A stretch of DNA of 64,000 bases from Pocillopora damicornis (taxonomy: Eukaryota), in contig NW_020843886.1 in NCBI RefSeq assembly GCF_003704095.1, positions 1 to 64,000 on the forward strand, given 5' to 3'. The notes beneath the pieces are model-generated. The model was not told where the DNA came from. It worked only from the letters and a program-made list of their open reading frames with translations, and ran no database searches. The translations under genes were made by a program, and so were the position numbers. Below are positions 23,601 to 35,757 of the stretch, one piece after another (within the stretch, counting starts at the first letter, position 1; every line of letters begins with the position of its first letter).

Positions 23601-24464
23601 GCAAGACTTGATTCCTTGGGTTGATATGAAACAGTGTCTGACACTTTTTTTTGTGTGTGAAGAGGATAGCAAAAACAAATATTTTGTCTTTAACAAGGTC
23701 AGAGTGTAGAGACCTAAGTTTCCCAAATTTTTCCAGATCCCTGCCCCCCCCCAAAGACTGACCAACAGCTACATCCAAAACAAAGTAGACAGCTGACTAA
23801 TACACTTGTTTCTGTGATTTCAAGAAACACCCCATAAAACAGAGTGGGCATTTGGGAAAAACCTCAATAATTCACTGAAACTATATTTTTTACTTACTTC
23901 TCCTAAACATTCTCAGGTACCTTTGATACGTATAAAGTCCTTGTGCCAGAACAGAATTCCTGGTTCTGTAGCTCAAGTTTGCGTGATGCCTATTTGTGAA
24001 CCTGGGGAAGTTTGTCAGGATCACATTAAGATGACAATCAACACTGGGCATACTATTCACATCATGTTAATTCCTATCTGGGTAATTATAACCATGTTTA
24101 TTAAAGTATATGTATGAATTCACCTCAGCTTTCTCTGCTATTCTGTCACTACTAGACAAAATACCTTTGAAACCTTGTAGAGGGGCTGACAATGACCTTA
24201 CAAAGTTTTCTAAACTATCTACTAGGAAGAGGTCACATAATTATATTACTTTTAATCCCTTTGTAGGAATATTTTGAGAATAATCAACGTTTTAATTATT
24301 GAATAAATTAAAACAAAATTAAGTATCAAGTAAGGGAATTAGTAATTGCTTTTTAATAAAATAGATGGAGTGGACTGAGTAATTTCACATGGAACAGATT
24401 GCTCTGTAATAATTTTTTCTTCTTTCTTCCTTAGTCTTCAAGGCCAGCTGATCAAGGAGAGTAA
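20647..24464 (+). CDS. UPA-like adaptor C: acidic N-terminus, CVC..CPLC motif, UPA-like domain
   Basis: Exons 20647-20673, 21081-21513, 22617-22744, 23154-23354, 23917-24081 and 24435-24464, all phase-consistent. LKFFVL..LFSLHFIEYSEQ|GRVTSSVRQLEQHLG resembles the start of the UNC5 UPA domain. Confidence 0.82.
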
Positions 24465-25542
24465 AAAATGCCTCTGTGCCTGGTGAGTAAACTTAATGAT
24501 TCAGATTAAAACTCAACTCAAATTATTGGATTAAGACTGCACACAATACAATAGTTTTGCTTTGTTTAAATTTGAGTAAACTGTAACCAAACCCTCTTGT
24601 TCAAGCTTTTTCAGCTTATATTCAGGTGTATAGAATGACAATGTAATCAGATAATAAGTTATCTTCCAAAGGACTGATTAGTCATCAGTAACAGAGAACT
24701 GCAACCCCATGATTTCTAGTTTATCATAAAAAACAATAATGTTGCCATGAGTTGCATTTTAGTGATTTTAATTTTCTCTGATTAGCAAGTTCTCACTCTA
24801 ACACATTCACTAAGAATATCCAGATGGAATCTACTTGCTGAAAAAAAAATTTCTTGAATGATATCCGGAGCAATAAGAAAATTTATGCCATTCTTAACCA
24901 GTTTCAGGTTCACTAGTTGCCAAATTCTTGGATGTTATATACTTGATGTACTTTTTTTCCTGTATGTATTTGCAATTTAACTTATGGTAACAAATGAATG
25001 CATGCAAAACTTGCTAAACAAAAAAACACTATGCAAAAAGTCCAATTAATAAACATTGTAACCATGCTGGTTACAATGTTGCAGTAAACAATGCAAACTT
25101 ATGCCCTGAATATGACCCCAGATTTGAAAATTTCCTTATTGCTCCTGGTGCACTCATGGAATCCTTTGTCTAAGCCAGCTCATTTTCATGCAATAGATTT
25201 TTCTACAATTTTCTTCATCTTTCCCTGGGAAGTCCACCAGCAGGTCATAGACTATTAATATTACCACTTAGTATCAATTGCCATTGTGAATTTTTTGTAA
25301 AATATAGCTTAGCATATAAACAGATTACATATAGTCAAAACTTGCAGTAGCAGCCCTCATAATCAAGCATTATTTACACAATGAATGCAAGGTATCAAAA
25401 TGTCAGTTTAAATAATTACATTAACTTTGTAGGTTAGCTGTGATATAATCTAGCAACATTAAATGGATTTCTTAGAACTATGAAATTGGGAAACCCTCCC
25501 AAAAAAAACAAAACAAAACAAAAAAAATTAGCTCTAGAGGTG

Positions 25543-25822
25543 GAGCGATTTTCAATTGAGTGTTGAAAGTAATCCGAGATTGCATTGGTTTTGCTCCTTT
25601 TCTCTGCTGTGATAGGTAAAAAAAACTTGCACCCTTTTTAACAGGTTATTTGCAAAACCAAATCCAGTAATAACTTGGTGACTTGCATTTTTTTGCCCTT
25701 AGGGAGTTTGCTTTGTCTTACTCTAAATTCTCACTGGCTATTTACCATGCTTCCTATTACTCTGCTTGGCCATTGTGATTACTTTAACTTTGGTTTGACG
25801 ACACTCAGGCGAAGAGCCCTCT
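25543..25822. mobile_element. Dispersed MITE-like repeat (GAGCGATTTTCAATTGAGTG...ACACTC..CTCTA)
   Basis: Imperfect inverted ends; a related copy lies near 54360-54640. Confidence 0.55.
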
Positions 25823-26556
25823 ATCACAATTGTTTGCTATATATATATATAATTGTATAAATAACTTATAAATCTTTTTTCATGTTCAACTTATGTAATC
25901 CCATCTTTAAAAGATACCAGAAAACAATTAGTAAAGCACTGCTTAAATCTAGTTTAGAGGGAGATCACTTTTATAGTGACTTACAATACTAGACTACCTC
26001 AGGTACACGAGTTTCACAGAGAAGGCCCTGACATGATTTAGGGCAATAAACAAAACAGGGTGTCTAGTGAAAGGCTAAGTGACATCTATCAAAAGGATGA
26101 ATTCTTCCCCAAACTTCTTTGTTTTGCTTATGAAACAAGGAGTGGGGGTTAATTGTTGATTCACTTTGAGCCTAATCCACATGAACCCCCTCAAAAAGAG
26201 ACAGAGCCTAATGATGCTGAAAAGCAACAGATCTGTTAGAAGTAAACCCACCTTTTTCAGAATTCCACTACTTTCAGTCTTTCCCTTATTTGATTACACA
26301 GCAAAGAATATTCTACATTGGAAATTCAGTTTTTACTTTCAAATTTTTTAAGTGTTCACAGAACAAGCACAAAAGTCCATTGCCTTTTAGGCATCAATGG
26401 ACCTAGACTCTTTAAAATGAAACATAACGCAAAGTGTGGAATTCTTAATAAGGACCTAAAAGTGGCTGCTGACAATTTTATGTTGTTCATGTTTGATGGA
26501 ATATGACACTACCACTCTGACTAAGTTGATATCAGAAATAACTGTTTCATGCATCA

Positions 26557-27652
26557 AATAGGCCATTTTACAATTGTGTTCTTAGTTGCCAAGCCTTTGA
26601 TTTGGAATAAGGCCAAAGTTGACCTTGTTGTGATAGAGATAGCATAACAACTAAGAAATTTACATTTGAAAAGCCTCAATTTTTGTATCATAACAAAGTC
26701 ACCATTAGCCTCACTCCTGTTCAAAGGCTTAGCAAGTAAGCACACAACTGCAAAATGGCTATTTACGGGCATTCTACTCATTTTCTACCTTTTCTTTCAT
26801 CTTGTTTGTAAATGAAGCATACTTTCTTTTAATTTCTGAAAATTTACCTACACATAAGCCTTCTTCAGTAGTTTTTCCATTCTTCTCCACCTAACTCACA
26901 CAATTTCCCACAAGTGTTCTTCATAAAAATGACTTTTTAGTTGTGTTCTTCTGGACATTGTTTATTTCTATCTGTATGATCAAGATAACTTATGCAGAGT
27001 GGTAGTGTCACACATGATCCAAGCATCAAACAACTTTCACATTGTCACCAGCCACATTAAAGTCATTTATACACTACATAAATGCAACCTTCAAAATACG
27101 CTTTCACTGGAAACATATTTTGCTTAACTAATTATGGTCATTGGTAAAAGCTCTCTGAAGTCAAACAGAGAGAAATACCATTACCAGTGAAAGTGGACTT
27201 TGAAGATTACAAAGCTGTTGAGATGACTACGAGCTTTGTGTATTCTAGGGAGTTTTGCCACTCTTAAATAAGGGTGACAAAATTTTCTGGCATACACCAA
27301 GAAAAATGCTGTCAGCAATTACCTAGCCTCCAATTAAAATGTTTATATTATAAATAGATTATTTAGAATATTGATATTATTAGTCCAATTAATACACAGT
27401 CACCTTGAAAAATGTAAAATGCTAAGAATAATAGGCCATTTTACAGTTATGTAATTAGTTTCCAGGCCTTTGATTTGGAGTGAGGCTGAAGGTGACCTTG
27501 TTGTGATAAAGACCAGTATCTAGTTAGCATGATAACAAAGTAAGTAATATAAACTTGAAAAGTAGCAAGGTTTGTATCATAACAAGGTCACCCTTAGCCT
27601 CACTCATGTTAAAAGGCTTGGCAATCAAGCATGCAACTTTAAAATGGACTTT
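26557..27652. mobile_element. Two copies of an AATAGGCCATTTT..AAATGG(C/A)CT MITE (26557-26763 and 27430-27652)
   Basis: Two similar ~210-bp units with inverted ends; they give the similar spurious ORFs 26554-26781 and 27524-27709. Confidence 0.65.
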
Positions 27653-29384
27653 ATTTACTATAATCAAATTTGGTTTTGCTAGTCTGACAGCTACATAAAT
27701 ACATGGCATTCATAACCTCAAAAAATGTAATTTAATTTAATTCCTAATTCTCATCATATTGTACAACAATCCAAGATAAATAATAACTTTAACATTTCTC
27801 GTGAAAAATAGGCACAGTTAAGTCTATACAGTTAGGATTATGAAAACTTGTTGGACATGATCTCCCAACTGCAAAGATATACATATAAATAGAATGAATA
27901 AAATGATAATCCTTTCAAATCAAATCAGCCACCAAAGTCAGAGGTGGAATGTCATGTATTTGTGTCATTTGTACATAATTATATATAATTATATTGGGTA
28001 CAAATACCACTATCAGTAATGTATAAAACATTAGTGGGCCAGTTATTTATAAGTTTTGTCACTGTTTAGCAAATCAACTCCTTAATATTCTTCAAAATAC
28101 CAAACATATTATCTTAATGATGATATCCTTGGACACCTTTAGGACCCATGACTAACACAGGAAAAACATCTGTTCACTTCAAAAAACCCACTCATACAGA
28201 AATCTCAAGATTCCTATAACATCTTAAACTGTAGCAAAACTTAAGATTTCACTGAAATAACTGGCCCTAAAAGTACTTCAGCATGTGTAATAAGCTGACC
28301 TTAGACCTTCCACTTCCAAGATCTCACTAGTTATTCTCCTTACTGTCTGCCATACAATTCCTAAGATGTTAGTTTGAAAGAACCTGGTGTTGAATCAACG
28401 AATAATCATTCAATTGCTCATTTTCTTTACTATCGTCACATATCTGCTTAATTTTGACTTGATATTGTAAGGAGAAATTCTGTCTTGATCATTCATGGGA
28501 AGAGGGTTAAAGAAGCTATAAGTACTGATAATTTTATAATTGTGAATATGTTGTTGTTTACTTGTATTTCTTCCTCTGAAAGCTACCTACATATAGACAA
28601 TTATGAAAATTTGAATAATGCCAAAAGGGGCTGTCACATTTTAAGCATCTTAAATTTTTAGCCCACATTTTTATCAACCTTATCACTTGCACTTGATGTT
28701 GTTCTATCCTTGTTCCCATTTGTTTATTTAAATTTTTCTTGTAATAAATGTCTTACAGGTTATTATTTAAACCTGACAACAATTATTTTAAATATCATTA
28801 TCACTTTCCATGACCTTAAAAATTACTTAAAACATGATGACATAGTTCCCTGCAAACAATGACATGCAAATTACACATCAATAGTACTACTGATGTGTAA
28901 CTTGCATTAACAACCCTTTCAATCCCAAGATCAAATATCAGTTCCCCTGGCTGTCTGCCATACAGTTTTCATAACTTCAACTATTTATTTTGTTAGGATA
29001 AACAATATCATTTGGTTGTTATTTTACTTTCCTTTTCATCACCTTTTTGCAAAACACTATTTTCCTACTGTGAAACAAAATTCCTCTTTGGTCACTCCTT
29101 GGATTGAAAGGGTTCGTGAGATCTAAACAAATATATCGTGGTTTATCTTGTATTATCACATGTAGAAGATATATTGAAGAAGTCAGTATCTTGTTCAACA
29201 TTAGTGTATGTATTGTATTGTAATTGGGAGCGACAAGTTATAAAAAAATATGAGTCACCAGTAGTAATCTTAAATTTGATAACATTGTAGTAAGCATTGG
29301 ATTGTATCGCATGACCCTTGTAAAGTGCTGTAGGGGTAAAGTGTTGTAGGACACTTCTATTGAAAAACATTAGACAAGAACCAC

Positions 29385-29532
29385 TGGCACCAGTTGTTCA
29401 AAGGGTGTATAATGCCATCCACTGGATAAATCGCTATTCTGTGGATAGCACTATATCCTTATTTCACATTCATCCTTTAGATAGCAATTTTTCAGTTGGA
29501 TAGCGTTATCTGCCCATTGAATAACTGGGCCC
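29385..29532. mobile_element. Short MITE (GGC..CAGTTGTTCAA / TTGA(A)TAACTGGGCC)
   Basis: Inverted termini and an internal palindromic TGGATA motif. Confidence 0.55.
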
Positions 29533-30414
29533 TATATACTATGAAAGGAAAGTACAGCTGCACCCAGGAAAGTTTTCTAAATAGTCAACAAACTTTTACT
29601 CACTGAGCAGTACAAATTATGTATTGAGATATCTGTTGTTTATTACCATGTGTTAAAAGAGCTGATGACTACGCATGCAAGACTTAAATCAATTTTTCCA
29701 TGGATTTAAGACCTGTTAATCTGAGCCTTACTATCATCGTAGAATTTTACAATAATTGGAGGGAGGGGACATCAGGACAAATAAGTATTTGAAAATTAAT
29801 CAAACAAGAGAACTTTGTAGGTATTGAATGTTTGCCTGTCCACTTCATCTTACACTAGTGCCTTAATTTCTGATAATCAACTTACAGAGCTTCCTACTGA
29901 GAATTGCCTTTCCATAGTGGTCTTTGCAAATGAGGCTTTCCATAGAACTGTCTTTTCATATTAGCTGATAAAATAAACTCTACTAACTATCCTAATATTT
30001 GAGTGCTTCTCCCTGTGATAGTTGTTTTTGTTTGTTTTTTTTTGGTAAAACTTACTTTAAACAGTCATTCACCTAGTCCCTCTACTCCTTTAACACATGA
30101 TTAAAACAAGTTGTATATTTCTTGATTTGGTTTTTTGATACAATGAATGTGACATAAGCATATATTGTGCAACATTGACAAATAGTAACAGGATTAAATA
30201 AAACATAACAGTGGCTCATCAAAGTTTGTTTGATTGTTTCTACTTGGAATGCAACACTGTGCACTTCTTTGCTTAGGGATCCTAATGCTGCCAGCCCACT
30301 ACAAACATAACATACATCGTATAATAACATTCAGGGGGTAATTGTTTCCTTTATGCTGTTACATAGAAGCACAGATGTGAGTTGCACATACATTGCACAT
30401 TTTAGTCAAGTCAC

Positions 30415-33342
30415 TATTAAAGTAGAAACTCACAATTTAAGAGCTTTCTTTTCAGTAAATTTTGCATTTGTACCCTCTGGATGTGACTCAATGGTTGGTG
30501 ACATGAGCTATACACCATATGGTATTGTAACTCACTTTATCCAGTTTTGTATCATAATAGCGTTCAAGGAACGAAACACCCCAAATGCATCCTTGAGTGG
30601 TTTCAAAAATATCCTGAAAGAACTGCTGTTCTGCCATTTGCTCAGCAATCCAGAAACTTATACCATGAATGTAAGTTGGAGGAAAGAGACTGAATGGAAT
30701 AAACTCTTTTCCCAATGACAACCCATCCACCTAAAATATCAGTAACGAATACAAATTTTACAAAATCACTAGTTATAATAATTAAAAGGATTGTGGGTAC
30801 CAATCAAAGGTAACTTGTGTTGCCAATATTAGAAATTATTTTTTATACAACATGATTCTTTTACAGTATTATATAGCCTTTTTTGAATGAAAAAGAAAGA
30901 GGAAGCATAAAGCACATGTGACTCTTGTAGAATGAAAAATATGACACATGCACCTCACACAAAAATTCAACTGCTGTTGATTATGGTCATATCCTTAGAC
31001 CACAACTATGAAGAACTACAACCACTACCCTATTTCCCTTGACAGGCCAGAGATTAAGATGGCAAAGAATCAAAAGTCTCACACTGACCCTTAGTGCACA
31101 ACTGACAAGTTAATGTAAACACAATGCACACAGATTTTTATCAGAACTACAGCTTGAAACAAAAGACCAAAGAAATAAACATCACAGCAACAAAAGAAGT
31201 ACCATTTGGTATGACTTAGTCAAACACCAAAAAGATGAGTGGTAGTTACCCTATATGTCTTCCATATGGAAATTAGCTGAATCGTAGACAAACACTATCA
31301 GTTCCTTAGAAAAAGCATACATAGCAGGGCGTGAAATTAATTTTTTTTTTCTGATAGCCTCTTGGCTCCTAAATTCTTCAAAGTGGTAGCCAATTCAAAA
31401 GAAGTTGGTCGCTTAGGGTTAGACAAAGACAAACAAACCCTTTTTTTTTACGCTGTCATTGTTCTAGAAATTAAGTTAGGGAAAAGATCTTTAACGTGCT
31501 ACAAAGTGGACACTAGGATAGGTGATCGATCTTGATGCATGTGCTGCGTTTTAGAAACAAATTTAATGAGGAAGTTTGTCGCGGATTTATCTTTGCAAAT
31601 CTTTTTAATTTACTATATCTCTAGGTAAGGTTATGATGAAACATTCTAGTCGTCAATTTGGCGACTAATTTTCAGGATTTGGTTACCAAAGTAAAAACTT
31701 TAGTCGCATTGGCGCCTGTATTAGGCGCAATTTCACGCCCTGCATAGCTGTGTAATGTTAATTACACAAATTCCATTATTGACCAAAATTTTCATATGCC
31801 ATTAGAACAAGGGTGAATAAGAAGCCTTTTACATAAAAATGAATTTAGTCACTCATGAAAGTAATTTCATCTACAACTAGAGGTTTTGCATCCGACCTTG
31901 TTTTAAGGATAAGAATTTTTGAAACTACTGAACTCAACAATTTATAATAAATGGTTCTTACTTGTGTCTGAATCAAAACTATTCTTGAATCTGAATAACA
32001 TGTGTCAGGACAATTTTAATTCCTATACTGTAGATTATAAGTTTAAAAAATTTGCAAAATGGCTTGGAGGACTTACCCATGAGTCACTGACACAGGATTG
32101 AAAGGTCTTAGCTCAAGCCGTTTCCAGGAGTGACAGTTCTTGCATGGTATTTTTGGGCAACCAAATTGAATTTAATGTCTCGCACACTCACATGGGACAC
32201 TGGGCACAAGCAAACTGTTACAGATAACTGAAAATTACTTTAAAGAGGTTGAGCCCATAAGTGATTTGGTTGATATTATGACTTCAATACCAGTTATCAA
32301 AACATAACTTACTGTCCTCACACCATTCCACTTAAAGGGTACGGCGTCACTTCATCTTGACAACCACATCAAAAAATGCCATCCCACATTACATGGACAG
32401 AAGAACCTTCTGTGAGGGTTCAGGGATGATTTCCGTAAAGCTCTATACTTCATCATACACATAGTTCTTGAATAAAGAAAAACGGCGAAAACAATATAAT
32501 GACTTTGGAACCTGGGCTTTGTTTTAAAACAGTATTGGATTTTAAGGAAATCATTCCGAGGTTGACATCATAGAAGGTATTTTGATGGGGCAGGTCAAAT
32601 TGATTGGTTTCGTGATGACAGCAGGCGCTAAGGAAAATTCTCCAGAATTTAAGTCACCGGCCGTTCGCATCTTAACCTTCACAGTGCGTTGATTTATCGC
32701 TAAGAAATAGCACTCTCCTGCGGTAAGTAAGGAGAATCTGGTGAGAAAACGATCAGCTAACCAGCTCATCAATACCAAATAATCTCCAAGTGACAGAGCT
32801 TCTTAAAAGCCGATCGAACTCATCATTTAAAAAAAAAGACAAACAAACAAATACCAACCAGCTCTCGCAGCTCGGTAAACAACCTGCCAAGAGTTTCCAA
32901 GCTCCCTTCTTGGATTGTCTAAGGGCGTTCCTCCCTGACACTGACAGAGGCTTACACAGATATCGCCTTTGAACTGTTCCACGTGGTGCGCGGCGCTTGC
33001 AGAGAACCGCTCACCAGATCTCTCGATTTGGCAATGTTTGATTTGCCGCCAGTGAGTGGAAAATTAAAGATCACCCGATCAAACGTTCTAGAGCCAAATT
33101 TTTGACGAAGATCTACTGCATCTACCTCGTGCATGATCTCAACGCTTTCAAAAGAGGACAGTTTCTCGATGCTTTCCACAGCGAAGTCGTTAGTCACCAA
33201 GGCTGCGCGCGACTCAAACGATGTCCCAACGATTTTCACACGTCTTTGATAACGCTGACGCCAAACAAACTGTGGATGAAAAGTTACCATCTCCGACTAC
33301 TAGCACATTATAAGAATGTGATTTTGGGTCAAGTAACGCCAT
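30415..33342 (-). pseudogene. FDXACB1: FDXACB1 pseudogene (duplicate of 44986-49073)
   Basis: The exon 1 copy (33342 to about 32858) has frameshifts. The terminal FDX-ACB exon copy (30731-30415) is frameshifted (..KVSYNTIWCIAHVTNH*). No counterpart of exons 2-3 is visible. Confidence 0.85.
31325..31742. mobile_element. Non-autonomous hAT-like element with a 5-bp TSD (hAT5-type)
   Basis: 14-bp TIR CAGGGCGTGAAATT / AATTTCACGCCCTG flanked by the direct repeat CATAG. Confidence 0.8.
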
Positions 33343-33478
33343 AGTCGTTAATAAATCGGAAACACAGAGCGTTGAAATCTGAAGCTCAAGAGTACGCTAC
33401 TTAGTTTGCGCGCTCGAACGTGGTTTGTTATTGACGTGGTTTAAGCATCACCAAATAAGAGTCTAGCTTTCTATTAAT

Positions 33479-33645
33479 ATGGCAGTGATGGTTGCGTACA
33501 TGGGCGGCTGTGAATTCTTCTCACAAAGGACAGCAAGGTAGAATAGGAATAATAGGTGGATGTCAGGAGTTTAATGAAGATAATCATAGTCCTGGGCTTC
33601 AGAGATTACTGATTTTGCGTCATTATTGGGAACCTCTTTCAAAAT
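33479..33645 (+). pseudogene. NAXD: NAXD exon 1 and intron 1 remnant
   Basis: Matches 49236-49266 joined directly to 49485-49625 ([15 protein letters not shown]); it has an internal deletion and has lost the GTAAGT donor. Confidence 0.8.
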
Positions 33646-33649
33646 CCTG

Positions 33650-33879
33650 AGCCTATCAACCAATGCAACATCTTGACTGCTAATGATAAGGCATTTCTGA
33701 GAAGTTTTTCTCGCTCATTAGAGGGCATTGATGGATTGCTCATGATAATACCCAGAAAAGGGAATATTCTAGACATTTTCATAGGTATTTTGAAGCAAAA
33801 ACGAGAAAACCAAGAGGCTACTAAACGTCTCGTGTTGAAACGTTTTCAGTTACATGGAAGACAGAGAGTAAATAAGTAA
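33650..33879 (+). pseudogene. 5'-truncated copy of the CARD exon
   Basis: ILTANDKAFLRSFSRSLEGIDGLLMIIPRKGNILDIF matches 14940-15167; the N-terminal helices and the acceptor are missing. Confidence 0.8.
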
Positions 33880-34764
33880 ATGTGAATGTAACCATATTGA
33901 TGTAATTTCAGTTATGGTTAATTACGTCATGCTCGCCAAACAAGAACTCCGTTCTTGAGAATGGATCAGAATAAACATAACAACCTAAAATTACTTTATA
34001 GTGTGAATGAATGGACTCTTCATTGTTCGTTTCACCACTTAGCACAATACTTTATCACACTTGCTTTTGTGGTTATCAAACATTACTCATACAAGAGATC
34101 ACTCCCACTTAATCTATACAATCATTAGCTTTAGATAGATAACGTACAATATCCTATGTTCAGAACCTAATAGGCCATACCCTTTACACTTTTGATGGCA
34201 AACTACTACTACTTAAATATACTTAGTAGGAGTTGAGTTTCAGATCTAAAAGTCTAAGAGTCTCACACTCAATTTTCTGTGTAAAAACTAATCATGTTCA
34301 CTTTTCAAAAACACTCTTTCATCTAATTTCTTAGTTTAAACTAGTTGCACGGTCAAATAGAGACAATATGACACTCAGTGTAATACATCTAGTTCATGAT
34401 GGCTAAAGTTCAAGTTTTGAAACCCATAATTTCTGAAGACCATCAGGTTTAATATGAAGCTTTTTAACTGAACAATACAGTCAGTGAAGTCTTGCTCTTT
34501 TCCCTTTCTACTGTTGCAACAGTGATATCTGCTATATTTGTGACTTGATTTCCTTCTGGAAAAAGGAAGAAAGTAGCAACATGGCCAACATATAAAGACT
34601 TTCTGCATCAGTTAAACTAATATTGTTATCTTTTCTCTATGGAACAAATTCTCTGAAAGTAATTTTTACTCTTAAGTGGATTACTTGGAGGGAAACATTA
34701 ATTCTCCTCAGGCACATAACTCTCTGCACTCTAAGTAGTTTTCAATTCAAAAAGAATGTTCAAC

Positions 34765-35730
34765 AACTATTTACCAAAGTGGAGGTGGTTAGTGGTAGAT
34801 ATTTACTGAGCCACAAAACAATAATGCGAATACATGTATCCACTGCAAGCCACTGACTGAGATGAATAGTTGTTTTAGTGTATACTAAAACACTGTGAAC
34901 ATATAACAATAAATTGTTTTAACTTATTTATTCCTGCAACAATTACGATATTTTCAGGGACAAATCCTGAGCATATTGCTCGGAGGTGAATAACGATGGA
35001 TTTGTGCACTTTGAGTCACCAATCAGCATGCCCCTTCAACACTATCTACTGTTTTAGTTTCCGTATATGCTAATTATTGATACTTTTATTAAAACTCATG
35101 AGGCCAACAGCCTATCAAAACATTACTAAAACATCTTGTGTATGACCCTTGATACCTGGTAATCTATGACCATTCTGAAAAGTCTGGTGGTGGCTTTCAT
35201 TTCAGTCCCAGAGGAGTGCAGGGCTGAATGTGCAAGCAATTCCAATTATTGCTTATTCTGAATTGAAACTATCTTTATATAAAGGTCACCAGTGATCTTT
35301 ATATAAAGCTGTGAACATTGTCCACTTTGACTTTGAATCTTCTTTCCTCAAAGTTGGCGTCCTTATTTCTTCTTGAACTTTGCCACTTGCCAAATATTTT
35401 CTTAAGCCACTTTGTGGCATACCATGTAGATTTTGGAATAGAACTATCCAAGAACTCGCTCCCTTCCTCAGCACTTTTTGGTTTTGGGTGGCATTTCAAA
35501 TAAAAACTCTCTGAACCTTTAACAGCAGCTGAACATGGGGCACTTTCCCTTTCTAAATGTAATTAACCCTTAATACATCACGTCACGTTTATCTAAATCT
35601 CTTGAGAGGCATGGGTTTTGAAGCTGTTAAAAAAACTTGCAGCACGTATTTTATCGGCTCTAAAAACATTAGGCTCTGCCTTGTGTTTTTAAACCCAATA
35701 AAACACTGCTGCTCATTTTTAAAACATTAC
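34765..35730 (-). mobile_element. Degenerate Crypton-like (tyrosine-recombinase element) relic
   Basis: The fragment SSIPKSTWYATKWLKKIFGKWQ resembles the N-terminus of Crypton/DUF3504-associated proteins. An AACAACTATT..AAGTGGAGGTG..TAGTGGT.GATATTTAC end repeat is present, also at 38843-38891 on the reverse strand. The insertion is absent from the equivalent region of receptor C. Confidence 0.5.
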
Positions 35731-35757
35731 ATAAAGCCTAACTGACTTTCATCTATT

